Made by a program: the position numbers and the translations under genes
Part shown: piece after piece, positions 58,604 through 64,000 of the stretch
Layout of the letters: each line of letters opens with the position of its first letter
Numbering within the stretch: position 1 is the first letter of the stretch
Assembly: GCA_036403155.1 (NCBI GenBank)
Contig: DASWRM010000042.1
Coordinates: 49,463 to 113,462, forward strand
DNA: 64,000 nt
Source: Gaiellales bacterium
Lineage (GTDB): Bacteria; Actinomycetota; Thermoleophilia; Gaiellales; JAICJC01
Direction: 5' to 3'
The notes under the pieces: generated by a model
Databases searched by the model: none
Told to the model about the DNA's origin: nothing
What the model saw: only the letters and a program-made list of their open reading frames with translations

Positions 58604-59377
58604 ATGAGCAGCGAGGTGCTGACCGCGCGTGACGGTGCCGTCCTCACGATCACGCTGAACCGTCCGGACGTCCTGAACGCCCTGGACGAGGCGATGCACC
58701 GCGCGTTTGCGCAGGCACTCGGTGAGGCTGCCGCCGAGGACATCCGCGCTGTTCTGATCACCGGCGCCGGCCGCGGTTTCTGCGTCGGCCAGGACGTGTC
58801 GGCATTCCCGCGCGACGCGGACGCCGTCGGCGAGCTGCTTCGGCGCTGGTTCAACCCCGCCGTCACCGCGGTTCGCGCACTCGAAAAGCCGGTGGTCGCG
58901 GCCGTCAACGGACCGGCGGCGGGCGCCGGCCTCGCGCTGGCCATGGCATGCGACCTCCGGCTGGCCGGCACCTCCGCGAGCTTCGTCCCGGCGTTCCTCG
59001 GCATCGGCCTGGTGCCGGACTCGGGCCTCTCGCACACCCTGCCGCGTTTGATCGGGCCCGCCGCGGCGTTCGAGTGGCTGGTATCCGGCCGCAAGGTGGC
59101 CGCCGACGAGGCGGCCCGGCTCGGCCTGGTCAGCCGCGTCGTCGAGGACGCCGCGCTCGCCGGCGAGGCGGCCGCGCTTGCCGCCGATCTCGCCGCTCGG
59201 CCGACACGAGCGATCGCACTGACGAAGCGGTTGATCGACGAGGGCGCGCAGCGGTCGTTCACCGGGCAGCTCGAGGCGGAGGCGGCGCTGCAGGCGCAGG
59301 CTGCGGCGCGCGCCGACTTCGCCGAGGGGGTTGCGGCCTTCCTGGAGAAGCGCGCGCCGCGGTTCACAGGCCGCTGA
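58604..59377 (+). CDS. Enoyl-CoA hydratase/isomerase family protein
   Basis: ..ITLNRPDVLNALD.., ..GAGRGFCVGQD.., ..AVNGPAAGAGLALAMACD... Confidence 0.9.
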   Translation: MSSEVLTARDGAVLTITLNRPDVLNALDEAMHRAFAQALGEAAAEDIRAVLITGAGRGFCVGQDVSAFPRDADAVGELLRRWFNPAVTAVRALEKPVVAAVNGPAAGAGLALAMACDLRLAGTSASFVPAFLGIGLVPDSGLSHTLPRLIGPAAAFEWLVSGRKVAADEAARLGLVSRVVEDAALAGEAAALAADLAARPTRAIALTKRLIDEGAQRSFTGQLEAEAALQAQAAARADFAEGVAAFLEKRAPRFTGR

Positions 59378-59383
59378 GGCTCC

Positions 59384-60613
59384 ATGCTGGCGCCGCTTCG
59401 CCTCCGCGACTTCCGGCTGCTGTGGACCGGCCTGACCGTGTCCCTGCTGGGCGACGGCGTGTACGTGGTCGCGATCGCCTGGCAGGCGTACCAGATCTCG
59501 GACTCGCCGTTCGCGCTGGCCGTGACGGGGGTCGCGTGGACGCTCCCGTCCGTGGTCGTGCTGCCGTTCAGCGGTGCACTGTCAGACCGGCTCGGCCGCC
59601 GGCCGCTGATGATCGCGGCCAACGCGCTCCGCGCGGTGGCGGCGCTGGGCATCGGTCTGCTGGCCGTTGCCGGGAGCATCGAGATCTGGCACCTGATCGT
59701 GCTCTCTGTCGTGTTCGGGCTCGGGGAGGCGCTGTTCGGGCCGTCGTTCACGGCGATCGTTCCGGAGATCGTGCCTGAGCACCTGCTGGTGCAGGCGAAC
59801 TCGCTCGATCAGGCGATGCGGCCGCTGGCGATGCAGTTCGCCGGCCCGGCGCTCGGTGGCGCGCTCGTGGCGTCCGTCGGTCCCGGATCGGCGTTCCTGT
59901 TCGACGCGGGATCGCTGCTGTTCGGAGCGGCGATGCTCGCCCTCATGCACGTCATGCCCGCCCAGCGCCGGGGTGAGCCGGCCAGCCTGGTCGACGACAT
60001 GCGGGAGGGGGCCCGGTACGTTCGCGCCAACATCTGGCTCTGGGCCACGCTGCTCGCCTTCTCCGTGACGGTGCTCGTCTTCTGGGGTCCCACGGAGGTG
60101 CTGGTGCCCTTCGTGATCAAGAACGATCTGGGCGGCGGCGCCGGCGGATTCGGCATCGTGCTCGCAGCAGGCGGTGCCGGTGCCATCGTGACGGCGGTGG
60201 CGATCTCGGTGACGGGGCTGCCCGCGCGGCGGCTAGGCCTCGTCTACGCCGCCTTCATCGTGGCCGGGTACGGGACCGCGCTCTACGGGCTCGCGGACGC
60301 GCTCTGGCAGATGGCCGCCACGGCGGCGCTGGCCGGGGCGTGCTTCTCGGCGGGGCTGGTGGCGTGGTCGACCACAATGCAGTCCCGCGTACCGCCGGAG
60401 CTGCTCGGCCGCGTGTCGTCGCTCGACTGGATGGTGTCGATCTGCCTGCTGCCCGTGTCGTACGCGCTGGTCGGCCCCATCTCCGACGTGGTCGGCGCGC
60501 GCGCGACGCTGGTCGGGTCGGGTGTCGTCGCCGGCACGATCCTCGTCGTGGCGCTGGCGGCGGTGCCGGAGGTGCGCCGCCCGGAGCCGGAACGGGTGGG
60601 GGCCGAGACCTAG
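59384..60613 (+). CDS. MFS transporter
   Basis: 12 TM. ..FRLLWTGLTVSLLGDGVYVVAIAW.. and ..GALSDRLGRRPLM.. motifs. Confidence 0.85.
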   Translation: MLAPLRLRDFRLLWTGLTVSLLGDGVYVVAIAWQAYQISDSPFALAVTGVAWTLPSVVVLPFSGALSDRLGRRPLMIAANALRAVAALGIGLLAVAGSIEIWHLIVLSVVFGLGEALFGPSFTAIVPEIVPEHLLVQANSLDQAMRPLAMQFAGPALGGALVASVGPGSAFLFDAGSLLFGAAMLALMHVMPAQRRGEPASLVDDMREGARYVRANIWLWATLLAFSVTVLVFWGPTEVLVPFVIKNDLGGGAGGFGIVLAAGGAGAIVTAVAISVTGLPARRLGLVYAAFIVAGYGTALYGLADALWQMAATAALAGACFSAGLVAWSTTMQSRVPPELLGRVSSLDWMVSICLLPVSYALVGPISDVVGARATLVGSGVVAGTILVVALAAVPEVRRPEPERVGAET

Positions 60614-61158
60614 TTGGGGACGTCGACGACGTCCGCCGAGAGCGCGCCCGCGCGCCGGTACTCCTGCCAGTGGCGGAACGCGGAGACCGTCAGCTCGCCC
60701 TTCACCTGTCCGTCGCCGATCAGCGCCTCGATCTCGGCCGGGCTGAACCATTCCGGGGCGCCGAGGATGTCCGAATCGTTGATCGCGTAGCTCGTCTGCC
60801 GCGGCTGGCTCGAGAGGTAGTTCAGGCGCATCGACGTGCCGATCCGCTTGCCGTCGAGGTCGTGCTCGCGGACGAGCGAGATGCCGATCAGGGTCGCACC
60901 GGACGCGGCGTAGCCCGTCTCCATGAGCAGGTTCCGGTTGACCACGTGCTCGGGGATCTGGACGTGCCCGTCCTCGTCACGGGGCTCCATCCATCCGGTC
61001 GGGAAGTTCCAGCGCTCCTCGCCCTCGCGGTTCAGCTGACGCACCATCAACAGCTCTCCGCCATGCTCGACGATGGCGCACACGGTGGTCGCGAAGATCA
61101 GCGCATGCTCCTCCGCGAGGGCGGGGCCGGGGCCGGCTGGGATCGCCTGCTCACTCAT
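60610..61158 (-). CDS. NUDIX-like hydrolase (degenerate Nudix box)
   Basis: Internal ATG of track ORF 60610..61596 (MSEQAIPAG..). ..FPTGWMEPRDEDGHVQIPEHVVNRNLLMETGY.. resembles an interrupted Nudix box. Confidence 0.55.
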   Translation of the reverse strand: MSEQAIPAGPGPALAEEHALIFATTVCAIVEHGGELLMVRQLNREGEERWNFPTGWMEPRDEDGHVQIPEHVVNRNLLMETGYAASGATLIGISLVREHDLDGKRIGTSMRLNYLSSQPRQTSYAINDSDILGAPEWFSPAEIEALIGDGQVKGELTVSAFRHWQEYRRAGALSADVVDVPN

Positions 61159-61165
61159 GCGAGAT

Positions 61166-61187
61166 AGCTTACAGCGCACGGTATCGT
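61166..61187. promoter_or_regulatory. Two divergent leaderless -10s in a 36-bp intergenic region: TAAGCT (minus) and TATCGT (plus)
   Basis: Minus strand: tgTAAGCTatctcgcATG. Plus strand: ggTATCGTcacccggATG. Each hexamer lies 7 nt from its start codon. Confidence 0.5.
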
Positions 61188-61194
61188 CACCCGG

Positions 61195-62124
61195 ATGCGG
61201 GAGTGGAGCGCAGAACAGGTGGTGGACGAGGCGCTCGCGCGGTGCCTGATCGAGCGGCAGTTCCCGGACATCGCCTCCGCGCCGCTGCGGCTGCTGGGCG
61301 AGGGCTGGGACAGCACCGTCTGGCGGCTGGGCGAGGACTGGGTGTTCCGGTTTCCCCGTCGCGAGGTCGTGATCCCGGGCCTGCGGCGTGAGATGGAGGC
61401 GCTCGAGGCGCTGGCATCCGAGCTGCCGCTGCTCGTCCCGGTGGCCGAGCGCCGGGGAGCGCCCGACGAGGCGTTCCCGTGGCCATGGGCCGGGTCGCGG
61501 TTCATCGCCGGCAGGGAGATCGGCGAGGCGGCGCCGGACGACACCCACCGGGTCGCGCACGGCGCGGCGCTGGCACGGTTCCTGCGGGCGCTCCACGACA
61601 TCGACCCGTCGAGCGTGCTGGTGGCGGGCGAACCGCTACCGGTCGACGTTGTGCACCGCGCGGACATGCCGTTCCGCGTTGCGAAGCTGCGCGCGCGGCT
61701 GGACGCGCTCGGGGCGCTCGACCTGTGGACGCCCCCGGAGCGTTTGATGCCGTTGCTCGACGAGGCCGTCGAGCTGCCGCCGCCGGAGGCCGCCACGCTC
61801 CGCATCTGCCACGGCGACCTGCACCTCCGGCATCTGCTGGTCGCCGGCGACGGCACGCTTTCGGGCGTGATCGACTGGATCGACGTCTGCCGCGGCGACC
61901 CCGCGATCGATCTGCCGCTGTACTGGGGATACCTGCCGCCGGCCGGGCGGGCGGCCTTTCACGAGGTCTACGGGCCGCTCGACCACGCGTCGCTGCTTCG
62001 CAGCCGTGTGCTGGCCGTCTTCCTGTGGTCGACGATGGTCGAGTACGGGCGCGACGTGGGCCCGGAGTGGCTGATGCGCGAAGCCCTCTCCGGCCTCGAT
62101 CGAGCGGTCGCGGATCTCCGCTGA
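61195..62124 (+). CDS. Aminoglycoside/choline-kinase-type phosphotransferase (APH family)
   Basis: ..LLGEGWDSTVWRL.., catalytic ..ICHGDLHLRHLLV..GVIDWIDVCRGDPAIDL... Confidence 0.85.
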   Translation: MREWSAEQVVDEALARCLIERQFPDIASAPLRLLGEGWDSTVWRLGEDWVFRFPRREVVIPGLRREMEALEALASELPLLVPVAERRGAPDEAFPWPWAGSRFIAGREIGEAAPDDTHRVAHGAALARFLRALHDIDPSSVLVAGEPLPVDVVHRADMPFRVAKLRARLDALGALDLWTPPERLMPLLDEAVELPPPEAATLRICHGDLHLRHLLVAGDGTLSGVIDWIDVCRGDPAIDLPLYWGYLPPAGRAAFHEVYGPLDHASLLRSRVLAVFLWSTMVEYGRDVGPEWLMREALSGLDRAVADLR

Positions 62125-62131
62125 GCCTTCG

Positions 62132-62404
62132 TCACGGCCGGGTGGTGACACGCGCCGCCGCCTCGGCCGACGAGAGCACCGGCACCACCTCGAACTCCGC
62201 CAGGTCGCTCCAGCGGGCGATCCACGCGTCGAACAGCGCCGGGTCGTCGGTCTCCATCAGCTGGAAGCAGCGGTCGAGGCGCTCGTCGACCCAGCTGTCC
62301 ACATACTCGAGGCCGGGCGGCAGCATCCGGCCCGACGCGGCGGCTCGCTCGTAGACCGGCGCGGGACCCCTGCTGTAGCGCTCGACGACCATGAAGCGGG
62401 CCAT
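62132..62404 (-). CDS. DUF3303-like small protein
   Basis: MARFMVVERYSRGPAPVYERAAASGRMLPPGLEYVDSWVDERLDRCFQLMETDDPALFDAWIARWSDL.. matches the DUF3303 pattern from memory. Internal ATG of the track ORF. Confidence 0.7.
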   Translation of the reverse strand: MARFMVVERYSRGPAPVYERAAASGRMLPPGLEYVDSWVDERLDRCFQLMETDDPALFDAWIARWSDLAEFEVVPVLSSAEAAARVTTRP

Positions 62405-62560
62405 TCGGCGCCTACCCCGGCGCCCCGGTTGCGGTGCGGCATGCACCATGGTGCGGCGGTCCTTCGATCATCGGCTGAGCGTCCACGGCGGCTCCCTTCG
62501 CTATGGCCCGCCAGCCTACGCCTCTTCGCACGCTGCCGCAGCCCGGTAGACTCGCGGCCG

Positions 62561-62926
62561 ATGAGTGCGTTCGAGGGCATCGCCGGCCTGCCGCACGTCC
62601 GCATCTGGGACGGCATCACGGCGCACGCCGTCGATGGCGACCGAACGACGCTGGCGGTGATCGAGCTCGAACCCGGGAGCGCGGTTCCCGAGCACCGCCA
62701 TGACAACGAGCAGCTGGGCGTCCTGATACGCGGATCGATGCAGTTTCGCGTTGGCGGCGAGTCCAGGAACGTGGGGCCGGGCGACACGTGGCGGATCCTG
62801 AGCGGTGTGCCGCACGAGGTCACGGCCGGGCCGGACGGTGCCCTGGCGGTCGAGTGCTTCACGCCGGCGCGCGCCGACTGGGCCGCGCTTCAGCGCGCCG
62901 AGGGCTCTCCGCCACGCATGGGCTGA
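62561..62926 (+). CDS. Cupin domain protein
   Basis: ..LEPGSAVPEHRHDNEQLGVLIRG.. and ..GDTWRILSGVPHEV.. cupin motifs. ATG lies 8 nt after TAGACT (62547-62552). Confidence 0.85.
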   Translation: MSAFEGIAGLPHVRIWDGITAHAVDGDRTTLAVIELEPGSAVPEHRHDNEQLGVLIRGSMQFRVGGESRNVGPGDTWRILSGVPHEVTAGPDGALAVECFTPARADWAALQRAEGSPPRMG

Positions 62927-62944
62927 CCGGCGGACGGCGAGGGC

Positions 62945-64000
62945 ATGACCGACTTCCTGTTCTATGGGGACACCGAACGGTCTGCGGCGATGCGGCACGA
63001 GCTCCCGGTTGCGATCGGCGATGCGTTCCTGCTCGGCGTCGTCGGCGGGCGCCGGCACATCGTCGTCAACAGCCTCGAGCGGGGACGCGTGGAGGCGGCG
63101 ACGCCGGACGCCGTCCTTCACGACATCGCCGACCTCGGCTTCCACGACCTGCTGCAGAGCGGGAAGCGGTTCTTCGACATCGACCTCGAGCTTGCGTCGC
63201 GCGGTGCGGCGGCGATGGGGATCCGTGAGGCGGTGGTCGACCCCGAGATGCCGGTCGCCGTCGCCGACCGGTTGCGCGCCGACGGCCTCGTCCTGCGACC
63301 CGATGATGTCCCGGTCGCCGCCCGGCGACGCGTGAAGACGCCGGCGGAGATCGCGGGCGTCCGTCGGGCGCAGGCGGCGGCTGAGGCCGGCATGGCGGCG
63401 GCGGCCGCTCTGCTTCGGAGCGCCGACCTGGAGGGTGAGCGGCTGGTGGCCGCAGGGGAGCCGGTCACCGCCGAGGCGGTCCGAGCGGTGCTGCGAGAGG
63501 AATGCCGCCGCCACGGGGCGCCCGCGCCGCCGGACGTCATCGTCTCCTCGGTGTGGCAGGGAACGGGGCACGATCCGGGCTCCGGCCCACTGCCCGCCAA
63601 CCTTCCGATCGTGATCGACGTATGGCCGCAGGACGAGGAGTCGGCCTGCTGGGGTGACATGACGCGGACGTTCGTCGTCGGCGAGGTCAGCCCCGCCGTC
63701 CGCGGGCTCGCCTCGCTCGTGGGCGACGCGCTGGAGCGTGCGCGAAAGGCGGTGCGACCGGGCGTGCTCGGCCGTGAGCTGCACGCAATCGTGTGCGACG
63801 TCTTCGAGGCGGCCGGGCACCGCACCCAGCGAACCGGTCCCGGAGACGATCCGGAGGCCGGGTTCCAGTTCTCGCTGGGCCATGGCGTCGGGCTGGCGGT
63901 GCACGAGGCGCCGTCGCTCGGGCTGGCGGGCGTGGACGCCCTCGTCGCCGGCGATGTGGTGGCGATGGAGCCCGGGCTCTGGGTGCGGGGGATCGGCGAG
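62945..64000 (+). CDS. M24-family metallopeptidase (Xaa-Pro aminopeptidase/creatinase-like), 3' end off-window
   Basis: Not in the ORF track because it has no stop. My own translation from ATG 62945: MTDFLFYGDTERSAAMRHELP.. ..IVIDVWPQDEESACWGDMTRTFVVG.. ..FSLGHGVGLAVHEAP.. ..GDVVAMEPGLW... GGCGAGGG SD. Confidence 0.8.
   Translation, partial: MTDFLFYGDTERSAAMRHELPVAIGDAFLLGVVGGRRHIVVNSLERGRVEAATPDAVLHDIADLGFHDLLQSGKRFFDIDLELASRGAAAMGIREAVVDPEMPVAVADRLRADGLVLRPDDVPVAARRRVKTPAEIAGVRRAQAAAEAGMAAAAALLRSADLEGERLVAAGEPVTAEAVRAVLREECRRHGAPAPPDVIVSSVWQGTGHDPGSGPLPANLPIVIDVWPQDEESACWGDMTRTFVVGEVSPAVRGLASLVGDALERARKAVRPGVLGRELHAIVCDVFEAAGHRTQRTGPGDDPEAGFQFSLGHGVGLAVHEAPSLGLAGVDALVAGDVVAMEPGLWVRGIGE

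Overview
This is a very GC-rich (judged by eye, not computed), gene-dense bacterial chromosome segment. It has an actinobacterium-like style: frequent GTG/TTG starts, 4-nt ATGA/GTGA/TTGA gene junctions, and many apparently leaderless genes. I call about 67 protein-coding genes and one tRNA-Leu(CAA). I found no rRNA, no CRISPR array, and no transposase, integrase or phage gene. Content is mostly housekeeping: leuS, comEA/comEC, holA, rpsT, murJ, lepA, hemW, hrcA, dnaJ, prmA, rsmE, mtaB, phoH, ybeY, dgkA, cdd, era, deoC, pfkA, glnA, polA, rpsA, coaE, uvrB and uvrA. The first ~28 kb follows the ancient comE-holA-rpsT-lepA-hemN-hrcA-(grpE-dnaK)-dnaJ-prmA-rsmE-mtaB-yqeY-phoH-ybeY-dgkA-cdd-era order known from Bacillus subtilis, so genes that break this backbone stand out as insertions. 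The best candidate for something new sits in the hrcA-dnaJ slot: an XRE-HTH+TPR regulator followed by a 38-codon, signal-peptide-like ORF with a His/aromatic tail, which is the RRNPP-type receptor/pro-peptide architecture. Upstream of it lies a lower-GC spacer carrying four TCAAG[C/T]AG boxes. Other notable observations: (1) a TANNNT -10 hexamer lies 6-9 nt upstream of the start codon of about 20 genes, implying pervasive leaderless transcription; (2) a 340-nt leuS-comEA spacer is packed with GTGAC/GTCAC motifs in a dyad-symmetric, 11-nt-phased layout, with a related doublet elsewhere; (3) CGAAC-N4-GTTCG SOS boxes precede uvrA and uvrB; (4) a membrane-anchored degenerate kinase-like protein sits between dgkA and cdd; (5) an IGPS-like protein appears to lack both catalytic lysines; (6) a CGNR zinc-finger gene has coding signal extending upstream of any canonical start codon; (7) a possible SD-sequestering hairpin precedes hsp20. 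All protein calls rest on motif recognition from the supplied translations. No database search, folding or statistics program was run.
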